Translations under genes and position numbers: made by a program
Assembly: GCA_024403965.1 (NCBI GenBank)
Contig: JAKSQU010000001.1
Span: 8,957 to 72,956 of the forward strand
DNA: 64,000 bases
Reading direction: 5' to 3'
From: Ruminococcus sp.
Lineage (GTDB): Bacteria > Bacillota > Clostridia > Oscillospirales > Ruminococcaceae
Notes under the pieces: generated by a model
The model's database searches: none
Seen by the model: only the letters and a program-made list of their open reading frames with translations
Told to the model about the DNA's origin: nothing
Part shown: piece after piece, positions 8,985 to 18,247 of the stretch
How the letters are laid out: each line of letters starts with the position of its first letter
Position numbering within the stretch: the stretch's first letter is position 1

Positions 8985-9788
8985 ATGAAAAGACCAGTAG
9001 CAATTCTTGCATCTTTACTTACAGCAGCAACATGCATGACAGCTTTCACTTCATGCGGTGATGACAGACTTTATATGCCTGACCTTTCAGGTATTGATTT
9101 TGAAAAAGCAAAGGAAGAATTTGATTTTCTTGAGCTTACAATTTCAGCAGAAGCACAGAGCAGTACAACTCTTAAGGGCAAAATTATGGAGCAGAGCATC
9201 AGACCTGGTGCTAAAATAACAGAAGGACAGAATGTACTTCTTACAATCAGCTCAGGTGAAGATACTCCAAGAGTATTCAAGGATGGTGTTGATACAGGTG
9301 AAACTGTTCCGCCTACAACTGAATTAACTACAGAAATTATTACTACAACAGCTGTATCAACAGAAGAAGTACCTACAACAACTGTACTTGAACCTGGAAT
9401 GTTCGTTATGCCTAATTTCAGAGGTGTACTTCTCTCAGAGGCAGTTGAGGAATATGGTGACAAGATTAATTTCCAGATTAAAGAATATACAGACAGTGAC
9501 CTTGCACCAGGTCAGATTGTACGTCAGGATGTAACAGAAGGAACACCATGTGACAGCGGTACAACTCTTTATGTAACAATTGCAAACGGTGCATTCAGCG
9601 GCGGCAATCTTACACAGCAGGAAACAACTGAAACATATGACTATGATTATAACAATGGTTATGATAATTCATGGGGATATGATAACAGCTATGATTATAA
9701 TGATTATGGTTATGATTACAACAACTATGGCTATGTCAACGGCTATGATAATTCATGGGGATATGACAACGGCAACTACGAATGGTAA
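8985..9788 (+). CDS. Lipoprotein with two PASTA domains and a Tyr/Asp/Asn/Gly-rich tail
   Basis: AGGAGG RBS before ATG 8985; lipobox FTSC; PASTA motifs MPDLSG...GKIMEQS...LTIS and MPNFRG...GQIVRQD. Confidence 0.8.
   Translation: MKRPVAILASLLTAATCMTAFTSCGDDRLYMPDLSGIDFEKAKEEFDFLELTISAEAQSSTTLKGKIMEQSIRPGAKITEGQNVLLTISSGEDTPRVFKDGVDTGETVPPTTELTTEIITTTAVSTEEVPTTTVLEPGMFVMPNFRGVLLSEAVEEYGDKINFQIKEYTDSDLAPGQIVRQDVTEGTPCDSGTTLYVTIANGAFSGGNLTQQETTETYDYDYNNGYDNSWGYDNSYDYNDYGYDYNNYGYVNGYDNSWGYDNGNYEW
9660..9765 (+). repeat. 23-bp direct repeat TATGATAATTCATGGGGATATGA (9660 and 9743) within the NGYDNSWGYDN repeats
   Basis: Both copies read directly in the sequence. Confidence 0.85.
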
Positions 9789-9849
9789 TAAAGTGATTAT
9801 TTCCGAAAAATCGGTTATAATATAAAAAAGAAATAAGGAGTTTGAAGAA

Positions 9850-10677
9850 ATGAGCGAATCATGTACACATGATTGTTCAAGCTGTGCAAGTGCAGGAAAC
9901 TGCAGCAGTAATCCTGCAAGTATGCTTGAAGAACCAAACAAGATGAGTAAAATAGGTAAGGTTATCGGTATTGTCAGCGGTAAAGGCGGCGTAGGAAAAA
10001 CAATGGTATCTTCCCTTCTTGCTGTATCAATGCAGAGAATGGGCAAGAATGTCGGTGTTCTTGATGCTGATATTACAGGTCCGTCTGTTCCTAAGGCATT
10101 CGGTATTCACGGCAAGGCAGATGCCTGTGAATTTGGTATAATCCCTGCTAAGTCAAAGATGGGACTTGACATTATGTCAATCAATCTTCTCCTTGAAAAC
10201 GAGTCTGATCCTGTTGTATGGAGAGGACCTGTTATTGCAGGGGTTGTAAAGCAGTTCTGGACAGATGTTATCTGGAAGGATGTTGACTATCTTTTCGTAG
10301 ATATGCCGCCTGGAACAGGAGATGTTCCTCTTACAGTATTCCAGTCACTTCCTGTTGATGGTATTGTAATTGTAACATCACCACAGGAACTTGTTTCAAT
10401 GATTGTTGAAAAGGCTGTAAAGATGGCACAGATTATGAATATTCCGATCATCGGTATCGTTGAAAACATGAGCTATTTTGAATGTCCTGACTGCGGCAAA
10501 CGTCACAGCATATATGGTGAAAGCCATATTGACGAAATTGCATCACAGTACAACATTCCTGTACTTGCAAAGTTACCTATTGACCCGGAACTTACAAAGC
10601 ATTGTGACCAGGGTACAATCGAACTTTTCGAAGGTGACTGGCTCAATGATGCTGCTGAAAAAATTGCGGATATGTAA
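9850..10677 (+). CDS. Mrp/NBP35 (ApbC) Fe-S carrier ATPase
   Basis: SGKGGVGKT; WRGP; DMPPGTGD; ENMS..CPDC; Cys-rich N-terminus. Confidence 0.92.
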   Translation: MSESCTHDCSSCASAGNCSSNPASMLEEPNKMSKIGKVIGIVSGKGGVGKTMVSSLLAVSMQRMGKNVGVLDADITGPSVPKAFGIHGKADACEFGIIPAKSKMGLDIMSINLLLENESDPVVWRGPVIAGVVKQFWTDVIWKDVDYLFVDMPPGTGDVPLTVFQSLPVDGIVIVTSPQELVSMIVEKAVKMAQIMNIPIIGIVENMSYFECPDCGKRHSIYGESHIDEIASQYNIPVLAKLPIDPELTKHCDQGTIELFEGDWLNDAAEKIADM

Positions 10678-10686
10678 AAAAATATA

Positions 10687-10756
10687 GTTCCCGTATATGA
10701 TGTACGGGAACCTTTTTGTATTAAGAAAAGCCACAGCACTGATTTATGCTGTGGCT
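10687..10756. terminator. Two adjacent hairpins terminating convergent genes
   Basis: GTTCCCGTA/TACGGGAAC with T tract, and AGCCACAGCA/TGCTGTGGCT. Confidence 0.7.
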
Positions 10757-10764
10757 GAATTTTT

Positions 10765-11832
10765 TTATACTGTAGCGTAAAGATTTGTTTCCCATGCAGG
10801 AATATAAAGCTGATGTCTTATATAAAGCTTGTACGCAGGATTGAGTTTTTTGATAAGGAGCGGCAACTCAAATATATCTTCATTTCTGTGATAAAGAGAA
10901 ACCATCATCTTCGGAGTGTTATGTGCAATATTTATTGCAGAACCCCAAATAGCCTCACGTTCAAAGCCTTCTACATCCATTTTGATAATTGTTGCATATC
11001 TCTTGCCGCCAAGAACGCTGTCAACTGAACGTGCAGTAATCATGTTGTCAGATGCAGCAGAAATAGCAGACTGTCTTCCGGCCTTTGCAGCAAACGGAAG
11101 TTCAGTATCAATACACCATGCAGCAGCATTGTGAGCGTATACATTAGGCATACCATCAATAAACTTAGTAAGCTTTTTGTAATTCTTCTTATCCGGCTCA
11201 AGTGCATAAATTGCGGCATACTTACCATGTGTAAACTCAAGGATTTCCTTGATAGTATCGCCATTGTAAGCACCTAAATCAACATAAACCTCATTAAGAC
11301 CCGGCTTAATGATTTTTTTGTAGATTTCAGCCTTGGTAGTTGTTACTTCACTGAGATATTCGATTTTACCGCTTATCTTGAAATTAATGATATTAGCGTA
11401 AACCTTTCTTGAATAGTCATCAGCAAGGCTGTCAAAAACCTTCTGAATCTGTTCAGCGTGTTCAACGCAGTATTCATAAGTGAACAAGCCGTTTCCTACA
11501 ACCGGAACATCCGGAACATAAAGAGTATGCTTTTGAGCAATTTCGTGTATTTTATCAACTATTTCCTGATAACCTGCCGCAAAAGCAAGCACAACAACGA
11601 AATCATCAACAGACTCTTCAATTTCAGAGAGCTTGTGTACACGGAATCCCTCAAATGAATGACCTCTTACAAAATCATCACTTGCAAAAATACCTGAAAC
11701 AACGATGCCCTTACTTCTGAAAACATTCATTATTTTCAGAGCACCATCACCCATTCCGTATATAAAAATTGGTCTTTCTTCAGCCTTTAATCTTTCCCAG
11801 CAGGACTGCTTTTCAGTAATAAAGGAGAGCAT
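10765..11832 (-). CDS. FkbM-family SAM-dependent methyltransferase
   Basis: VDLGAYNGD; ALEPD; IKMDVEGFE; SLYH. Confidence 0.85.
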   Translation of the reverse strand: MLSFITEKQSCWERLKAEERPIFIYGMGDGALKIMNVFRSKGIVVSGIFASDDFVRGHSFEGFRVHKLSEIEESVDDFVVVLAFAAGYQEIVDKIHEIAQKHTLYVPDVPVVGNGLFTYEYCVEHAEQIQKVFDSLADDYSRKVYANIINFKISGKIEYLSEVTTTKAEIYKKIIKPGLNEVYVDLGAYNGDTIKEILEFTHGKYAAIYALEPDKKNYKKLTKFIDGMPNVYAHNAAAWCIDTELPFAAKAGRQSAISAASDNMITARSVDSVLGGKRYATIIKMDVEGFEREAIWGSAINIAHNTPKMMVSLYHRNEDIFELPLLIKKLNPAYKLYIRHQLYIPAWETNLYATV

Positions 11833-11860
11833 TATATCACCCCGTAGATAGTATTTTTAA

Positions 11861-12295
11861 TTAAACATCGGCATTAATGCCGTCATCGTGACAATCACAG
11901 TGCATATCTTCATGCATACCATCGCCATGTGGTGCATATCCCATCATATCACGGCCTCTGATACCATATCTGTCACGAACAATATTGAGATGCTTGTCAA
12001 AAAGGTCAGAAACCTTACGAACATCCTTGATGCAGTGAATTTCCTTTGTAGGAGTATCAGCATCCTTGCTGTAAATAACAAGAGTACCACAGCCGAATAA
12101 TCTCTGACCAAAAGGCTTTTTGATTTTTTTATCAATAATCTTATAAAGGTCTATTTCATCCTCATCCACGCTTAAAAAACCTGTGCGTGTGATAAACTTT
12201 GATTCTGTAAGGAAGTAGCGTGTAAAAGAAAGCGGAAGTCCGAAAATTGTACGCTTTTTGTCTGTCCAGACATATTTGATTTCATCTTTTTTCAT
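11861..12295 (-). CDS. Bacterial PH-domain (bPH_2) protein with His/Asp/Cys tail
   Basis: FTRYFLT...TGFLS...QRLFGCGTL motifs; C-terminal HGDGMHEDMHCDCHDD. Confidence 0.75.
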   Translation of the reverse strand: MKKDEIKYVWTDKKRTIFGLPLSFTRYFLTESKFITRTGFLSVDEDEIDLYKIIDKKIKKPFGQRLFGCGTLVIYSKDADTPTKEIHCIKDVRKVSDLFDKHLNIVRDRYGIRGRDMMGYAPHGDGMHEDMHCDCHDDGINADV

Positions 12296-12454
12296 TAAGA
12301 AAACCTCCTTTTGCGAAAAGAATATGTATACCTGTTTTCATGACAAATACATGTTTTGTCAAGTGGTATATAACAATACTATTTTATATTTTACCATAAA
12401 AAAGACAAATAGTCAACTATTTAATAAGAAATTTCGGTAGAAATTTGGCGGAAC

Positions 12455-12494
12455 AAAAAAATTAGTGCCTCCGCTGTAAAAGCAGAGACACTAA
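12455..12494 (-). terminator. Intrinsic terminator after the ECF/anti-sigma operon
   Basis: TTAGTGCCTCCGCT/AGCAGAGACACTAA imperfect stem followed by T7 on the minus strand. Confidence 0.65.
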
Positions 12495-12543
12495 CTATAT
12501 TGAACTTTCTTTTGTAAACTTTGAGCGAGTTATCGTTCTTTTT

Positions 12544-14052
12544 CTATTTTTTGTTTTGTTGTTGTTCTTCTGAAATGCTTGTTTCTGCTTTTTTACTTTC
12601 TTCTTCAGCCTGTTTTCTGTATTTTTCTTCTGTTTCTCTTGTGATTCTTGCGTCTTCTTCTGCGATAATTCTTTTCATTTCTTCCTGTAATCTTTGCTTT
12701 TCTTCAAGTTCTTCAGCTAAAGCTCTGTCTGATTCGTAAATGTTTTCGGAGAATGTTTGTAAATCCTTTAATTTAAATTCCGACTTATCAACAGGATAAT
12801 CAGATTTGATTACTATTTTAGGAGTAATATAGCTTGAAAATAACAGGAATGATAGTTCTGATGAATGGTAAATTTTTAGCTGTGAACGATTTGATACATC
12901 ATATGGTGTATTTATTGTTCCGATAATACCCATATCTTTTTGTTCGTATCTGTGAATTTCAAGATTATTAATCGGAGAAAGATTTGTGCTGTCTGTTTTT
13001 GAATTTGAAGTATACGGCATCATATAAACGCTGTTTGGCGTTACATTATCAGTTTGTATATCTGTTTTTTCAAAGCCCAATACATTCGTTTTCTGCATAG
13101 CTGATGTGCCGTCACAGTATACTGCCCTGTTCCATAATTTCATGCTGTATTTGGGTGCATATAATTCAAGGTCATTGCCATTTTCATCGAATGTAACCAT
13201 ATCATAATAGTATTTGTCAGGAACGTCATTTTTATTATAATAGAAAATATAGCTTGCAAGTTTGAGTATTTCATCGTCAGCTTTGAAAAAACATTCCTGT
13301 ACGAATGATGCGGCTGTAACTGCATTGCTTTCTTTGTCTGTAAGATTTCCGTATCTGTCATTTGATAAAACAGCTGATGCCATTATATCACATGATTCGT
13401 TTTCATAAACAGTTTTGTTGTCGTTTGTCTCTGCTGAATATTTTTCGATATCTCTAAGAGTGAATTTTGAACCTGTGTCTGCAATTGCCAGTATATTTGA
13501 TTCTGAATAGGTATCGCAGTATTCAACAGCATACATCTGATTTGTAAGGGTGTCCCCTATTGTTCGGATATATAATCTTACTCTGATATCTTCTGCGCTT
13601 GAATATTCAAACGGACATGAATAAAGCGGAGTGATAATTACATCATTCTTTACATATTCATCAAGAGAAATATCATATATTCGGTAATCGCTTATATCTT
13701 CTGTAGCATTTTTGAAATCTCTTAAAACCGAATTGAAAGCACGGCCGTTTGTTGAAGAACTGAAATTTGAAAGAGCCTCTCTGAAAGCTGTTGTTTTCGG
13801 CAGAATACCTATGCAGAATACCGCACAGGCGGCAAAAACACCAAATTTTATGAAAGGAGCATAATTCCGTCTGCCCGTAATATTTTCAAGACCTGTAACG
13901 GTGAACTCGCTGTCTGTAAAAACCGAATCCTCGTCAGGAAACGCTCTCGCAATGATTTTATCCAGACAATCTACATTATCTGAAAGCTCGTTCATTTTGT
14001 CTGTGAGCAATTTTTCAACATCCTTGTTTGTATTGATATCATTTGATTTCAC
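12544..14052 (-). CDS. Putative transmembrane anti-sigma factor with large extracellular domain and charged coiled-coil tail
   Basis: Starts 2 nt after the ECF sigma stop codon; ~65-aa cytoplasmic N-terminus; one TM helix (FGVFAACAVFCIGIL); ~370-aa ectodomain; E/K/Q-rich end. Confidence 0.65.
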   Translation of the reverse strand: MKSNDINTNKDVEKLLTDKMNELSDNVDCLDKIIARAFPDEDSVFTDSEFTVTGLENITGRRNYAPFIKFGVFAACAVFCIGILPKTTAFREALSNFSSSTNGRAFNSVLRDFKNATEDISDYRIYDISLDEYVKNDVIITPLYSCPFEYSSAEDIRVRLYIRTIGDTLTNQMYAVEYCDTYSESNILAIADTGSKFTLRDIEKYSAETNDNKTVYENESCDIMASAVLSNDRYGNLTDKESNAVTAASFVQECFFKADDEILKLASYIFYYNKNDVPDKYYYDMVTFDENGNDLELYAPKYSMKLWNRAVYCDGTSAMQKTNVLGFEKTDIQTDNVTPNSVYMMPYTSNSKTDSTNLSPINNLEIHRYEQKDMGIIGTINTPYDVSNRSQLKIYHSSELSFLLFSSYITPKIVIKSDYPVDKSEFKLKDLQTFSENIYESDRALAEELEEKQRLQEEMKRIIAEEDARITRETEEKYRKQAEEESKKAETSISEEQQQNKK

Positions 14053-14054
14053 CG

Positions 14055-14639
14055 CTATTCACCTGCCTTTTCATTTAATACTGATATAGCCTTCTGGTAC
14101 CTTGATTTTACGGTAGATTCGGGGCATTTCATGATTTTTGCGATTTGCTTGAATGTTAGCTCTGCACAGCATTTTAAAACGACTATCTGTCTTTGCTTGT
14201 CGTTTAAATGTTTCATGAGCTGATTTATGTAAATACTGTCTTCGACAGTTTGTTCTGCATCGCCGTAGCTCTGAATAACAAAGCTCGTATTATCTCTTTT
14301 ATGTCGTCGGCGAAGTTCAAAAGCAACGTTGCGTGCTAAAGTGAGAATATAGCCTTTACCGTCTCCCTTTGAAGAATTGAAATTTTTTGTTTGTGTCAGT
14401 CGGATAAAGGTTTCTGAAACGCAATCCTCGGATAAATGGTAGTCTGATGTAATACTGAAAGCTACAGCAAACACACTTTGCTTAAACATATGATAAAGCT
14501 CTGCAAGGCATTCTTTGGAAGATGAACATTTCTCTATGAGAATATTAACATCGTCTGCCTTTTTTTCAGCTTTTTTGAAATTAAATAAAGACGAAATGGC
14601 TCGGTCACCTCCGCTGATTGATTTTGTTTCTACAGCCAT
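14055..14639 (-). CDS. ECF (sigma-70 group 4) RNA polymerase sigma factor
   Basis: Region 2 SEDCVSETFIRL...LARNVAFE; region 4 LTFKQIAKIMKCPESTVKSR; 194 aa. Confidence 0.9.
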   Translation of the reverse strand: MAVETKSISGGDRAISSLFNFKKAEKKADDVNILIEKCSSSKECLAELYHMFKQSVFAVAFSITSDYHLSEDCVSETFIRLTQTKNFNSSKGDGKGYILTLARNVAFELRRRHKRDNTSFVIQSYGDAEQTVEDSIYINQLMKHLNDKQRQIVVLKCCAELTFKQIAKIMKCPESTVKSRYQKAISVLNEKAGE

Positions 14640-14734
14640 AAACTCACTCCTTTTCTCTGAGACAGCGAAATATCGGCATATTTGCGCAATTTTAATACCG
14701 ATACGAAATTACTGCGTCAGGATATTTTGAAAGC

Positions 14735-14774
14735 TTTCATATATAAGTGATTTTAAGCGGCAAAAAAGACGAAA
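14735..14774 (-). promoter_or_regulatory. Putative ECF-dependent autoregulatory promoter (CGTCTTTT...TCACTTA)
   Basis: 34/40 identical, with identical spacing, to the element at 23358-23397. Confidence 0.7.
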
Positions 14775-14978
14775 AATTTTTCAGTTTTTTTTGAAAATCA
14801 CATCTTTATTATTTATAGCTGTATATGTTTTTTATATACACATCTCATAACTTGTTTTATGAAGTAAAATAACCATATGAAGAATGTGCATATATGTATT
14901 GTAACATTATTTTGTGATAAAAGCAAGAAAATCTTTCATTTCTATTGACAATTAATGAATATTATGGTGTCATATAAC

Positions 14979-14998
14979 ATATGAACAACCATTCATAT
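14979..14998. promoter_or_regulatory. ArsR/SmtB (CzrA/CadC-like) operator
   Basis: ATATGAA-N6-TTCATAT inverted repeat between the TTGACA at 14945 and the metal ATPase start; weaker copy at 14875-14893. Confidence 0.7.
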
Positions 14999-15016
14999 TT
15001 GAAAGGACAGTGACAT

Positions 15017-18010
15017 ATGGAAAAGGACTATTCTATTATTAATCTTACAAGTGCCGAAACAGGTTCTGCAATTGAAAATGCTGTCAATAAGCTTGAAGGC
15101 ATAGAATTTGCTGTTATTAACTTCCCTGTTCGCAAATTAAAGATTATGGGAGATTTTTCTGATAGTATTATTGATGTTATAAATGATACTGTATCTGCTG
15201 TTTCACCGGGCACTGAGATAGTTCCTGTGCTTGAATCAGTTACAAAGCTTTTTGAGATAAAGAATCTTGACTGTGCACACTGCGGTGCTGAGGTTGAGGA
15301 GGCTGTCAAAAAGATTGACGGTGTAGATGAGGTAGTATTGAATTATCCTTTAAAGAAACTGAAAATTACTGCACGTTTTTCTGATGAACTCATAGATGAA
15401 ATCTATAAGACAGCATCAAAGGTTGAGCCGGATATAGAGATTATCCCCTATTCTGCAAGAAATTCACAGAGAAAAAGCATGATTAATGAAATTATTTCAG
15501 AACTTAACGAAACATCTGCTGTTAAGAATGTTCCGGAAATAAGACAGTTTTCTATCGAAAACCTTGATTGTGCACACTGTGGTGCTGAAATTGAGGAGGC
15601 TTTGGGAAAGCTTGATGGTGTAGAGTCGGCATCACTTAATTTCCCTATGAAAAAATTCAAAATCAAAGCATTATTCACTGATGAACTTATTGAAAAAATG
15701 CAGAAAACTGCATCTGAAATAGAACCGGGAGTTGAACTTATTGAGTTAAACAAAAAGGAAAAAAGCAGAGCAGAAGATATTGTCAGAGAACTTGATGAAA
15801 AAGCTAAAATACAGCAGAAAGCTGTAGCTGAAACATCTGAACAATCAGAAGAAACCGAGATAATTGAGGAGCATTCAAAGGAACACTGTGAAGAACCTGA
15901 ATTCGTTGATGAATATAAGGAAATTCTTGGTGACATGTACAATGATGCACCTATTACAATTAAAAAACGTGTTAAAACAGTTAAAACTGAAACTGCTGTT
16001 TCTGAGACAAATGAAATTAAGGAAAATGAATCTGCTGTAAAGGCTGAATCAGAGAATGAAACTGAAAATACTGTTGTTTCAGAAATAAAAGCTGAAAGTC
16101 AGAATACTTCAGCTGTGCTTTACGAAGAAACAGAAGAAGACGATGAAAAAGGAACAGTTTCAATTGAATTTGCACAGCTTGTTCTCGGAATTATTGTTTT
16201 CATTGGCGCAGTTATCTGTAAAAAGGTTGCGGATTTCTTCCCTGTTACACTGGCATTGTTCATTATTTCATATCTGCTTTTAGGTATAAATGTTTTAAAG
16301 GCAACAGTAAGAAATGTAAAGGCAAAGAAATTCTTTGATGAAAAGTTCCTTATGACAGTTGCAACGATCGGTGCATTTATTCTTGGTGATTTCCCTGAGG
16401 CTGTCGGAGTTATGCTTTTCTACCGTATCGGTGAACTTTTTGAAGACTATGCGGTTTCAAAGAGCCGTAAAGCAATTACAGAAACAGCATCACTTAAAGT
16501 TGACGAGGCTGATATTCTTGTTGACGGTGAATTTGTAAGAAGACCATCAGAAGAAATTAAAGTCGGTGATATTCTCAGAATTAAAGTCGGAGAAAGAATT
16601 GCGGCTGACGGTGTGGTTGAATCAGGAAAGTCAAGAATTGATACATCTGCAATCAATGGTGAACCTGTTCCTGTTACAGTTCGTGCAGGTGATCCTATTT
16701 ACTCAGGCTGTATCAATCTTACAGAAGGTATTACAATCAGAACAACAGCATCTGCTGATGAATCAATGGTAGCTAAAATTGCCGAGGCTGTTGAAGATGC
16801 ATCTGCATCAAAGCCTTCAATTGAACGCTTTATTACAAGATTTTCAAAGATATATACACCTGTTGTGCTTATCATAGCACTCATTACAGCAATTGTTCCT
16901 TCGATTGTCACAGGTGAATGGCAGAAATGGATATTTGCAGCACTTACATTCCTTGTAATCAGTTGTCCTTGTGCACTGGTGCTTAGTGTACCGCTTGCAT
17001 ATTTCTCAGGTATAGGTGCCGCATCAAAGCTTGGTATTCTTTTCAAGGGCGGTACATCAATTGAGGCACTTGCAAAGGTAAAGGCAATTGCATTTGACAA
17101 AACAGGAACACTTACTAATGGTACATTTACAGTAACACAGGTACAGTCATTCGGTGTACTTGGAAACAGACATCTTCTTCAGATTTGCGGCAGCTGTGAG
17201 GTTGCATCAACACATCCTGTTGCACAGAGTATTGTTGAATACTGCAACAGAAACAAATTAAAGCTTGGTGAACCGGAAAAGGTATCAGAAATTGCAGGCA
17301 GAGGTGTTGAGGCGGTTGTAAACGGCAGAACAGTTCTCTGCGGAAACGAAAGAATGATGCGTGAATATAATGTAGCAATTCCAAAGGGACAGCTTGCAGA
17401 AAGCGGCAGTGTAGTTTACATTGCAGTAAACGGCAAGGCAGAAGGCCGTGTGGTAGTTTCAGACTCGCTGAAAAAGACATCATCTGATGCAATTGCACAG
17501 CTTAATGCAATGGGAATTCACACAGCTATGCTTACTGGTGATAAGAAGGAAAATGCCAATATAACTGCTCAAAAGCTTGGAGTTGAAACAGTAAAGGGTG
17601 AACTTCTTCCTGATGAAAAGTTAAAGGAAATTGAAAATTTACGTTTCACATATGGTCCTGTAATGTTTGTCGGTGACGGAATAAATGACGGACCTGTACT
17701 TGCAGGCGCAGATGTTGGCGGAGCAATGCAGAGCGGTTCAGACCTTGCACTTGAGGCAGCAGATGCAGTATTTATTAATTCAGAGCCTGAGTCAGTGGTA
17801 TATTCAAAGAAAATCGCAGACAGAACACAGAGCATAGCATATCAGAACATCATATTTGCACTTGTAATAAAAGCGGCAGTACTTGTTTTCGGTTTACTTG
17901 GTATGCCGAGTATGTGGTTTGCGGTATTTGCAGATTCAGGTACAGCAATGCTGCTTGTACTTAATTCAGTAAGAAATCTTTCTGTAAAACAGTATAAATC
18001 GGTAAAATAA
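15017..18010 (+). CDS. Heavy-metal P1B-2 ATPase (Zn/Cd/Pb export, CadA/ZntA-like) with three HMA domains and an acidic linker
   Basis: Two LDCAHC HMA repeats plus one degenerate repeat; CPC in M6; DKTGT; HP; GDGIND; Lys in M7 and Asp/Gly in M8. Confidence 0.9.
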   Translation: MEKDYSIINLTSAETGSAIENAVNKLEGIEFAVINFPVRKLKIMGDFSDSIIDVINDTVSAVSPGTEIVPVLESVTKLFEIKNLDCAHCGAEVEEAVKKIDGVDEVVLNYPLKKLKITARFSDELIDEIYKTASKVEPDIEIIPYSARNSQRKSMINEIISELNETSAVKNVPEIRQFSIENLDCAHCGAEIEEALGKLDGVESASLNFPMKKFKIKALFTDELIEKMQKTASEIEPGVELIELNKKEKSRAEDIVRELDEKAKIQQKAVAETSEQSEETEIIEEHSKEHCEEPEFVDEYKEILGDMYNDAPITIKKRVKTVKTETAVSETNEIKENESAVKAESENETENTVVSEIKAESQNTSAVLYEETEEDDEKGTVSIEFAQLVLGIIVFIGAVICKKVADFFPVTLALFIISYLLLGINVLKATVRNVKAKKFFDEKFLMTVATIGAFILGDFPEAVGVMLFYRIGELFEDYAVSKSRKAITETASLKVDEADILVDGEFVRRPSEEIKVGDILRIKVGERIAADGVVESGKSRIDTSAINGEPVPVTVRAGDPIYSGCINLTEGITIRTTASADESMVAKIAEAVEDASASKPSIERFITRFSKIYTPVVLIIALITAIVPSIVTGEWQKWIFAALTFLVISCPCALVLSVPLAYFSGIGAASKLGILFKGGTSIEALAKVKAIAFDKTGTLTNGTFTVTQVQSFGVLGNRHLLQICGSCEVASTHPVAQSIVEYCNRNKLKLGEPEKVSEIAGRGVEAVVNGRTVLCGNERMMREYNVAIPKGQLAESGSVVYIAVNGKAEGRVVVSDSLKKTSSDAIAQLNAMGIHTAMLTGDKKENANITAQKLGVETVKGELLPDEKLKEIENLRFTYGPVMFVGDGINDGPVLAGADVGGAMQSGSDLALEAADAVFINSEPESVVYSKKIADRTQSIAYQNIIFALVIKAAVLVFGLLGMPSMWFAVFADSGTAMLLVLNSVRNLSVKQYKSVK

Positions 18011-18129
18011 AATTAAAGCCTGGGAATGATTGAATTATTCTCAGGCTTTTCATTATATACCCTTATAAACTAAATATCATTGACAATGCCACTCCCCTGT
18101 GTTATACTATAAATCGTGAGATTTCTCAC

Positions 18130-18173
18130 TGACAGTTCGATTGCACCATCCTGTCATTAAACAAAACCAGGGC
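18130..18173 (+). ncRNA. preQ1-I riboswitch aptamer
   Basis: P1 TGACAG/CTGTCA with TTCG..CCATC loop and A-rich tail AAACAAAACCAGGGC; directly upstream of queD, behind a TTGACA-17-TATACT promoter. Confidence 0.85.
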
Positions 18174-18205
18174 TGATGAAATATAATTATTTATAGTATC
18201 ATTAT

Positions 18206-18235
18206 GCCCCTCTGTATGTGCAGAGGGGCTTTTTT
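18206..18235 (+). terminator. Riboswitch expression-platform terminator
   Basis: GCCCCTCTG/CAGAGGGGC plus T6; the aptamer 3' GGGC can pair with GCCC as an antiterminator. Confidence 0.85.
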
Positions 18236-18247
18236 AGGAGATTTTAT

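Noticed and set aside
11299-11308. ACCCGGCTTA, identical to the canonical RNase P 3' P4 strand that rnpB lacks
   Set aside because: Antisense within the FkbM coding sequence (IKPGL codons), with no flanking RNase P context or promoter; chance match.
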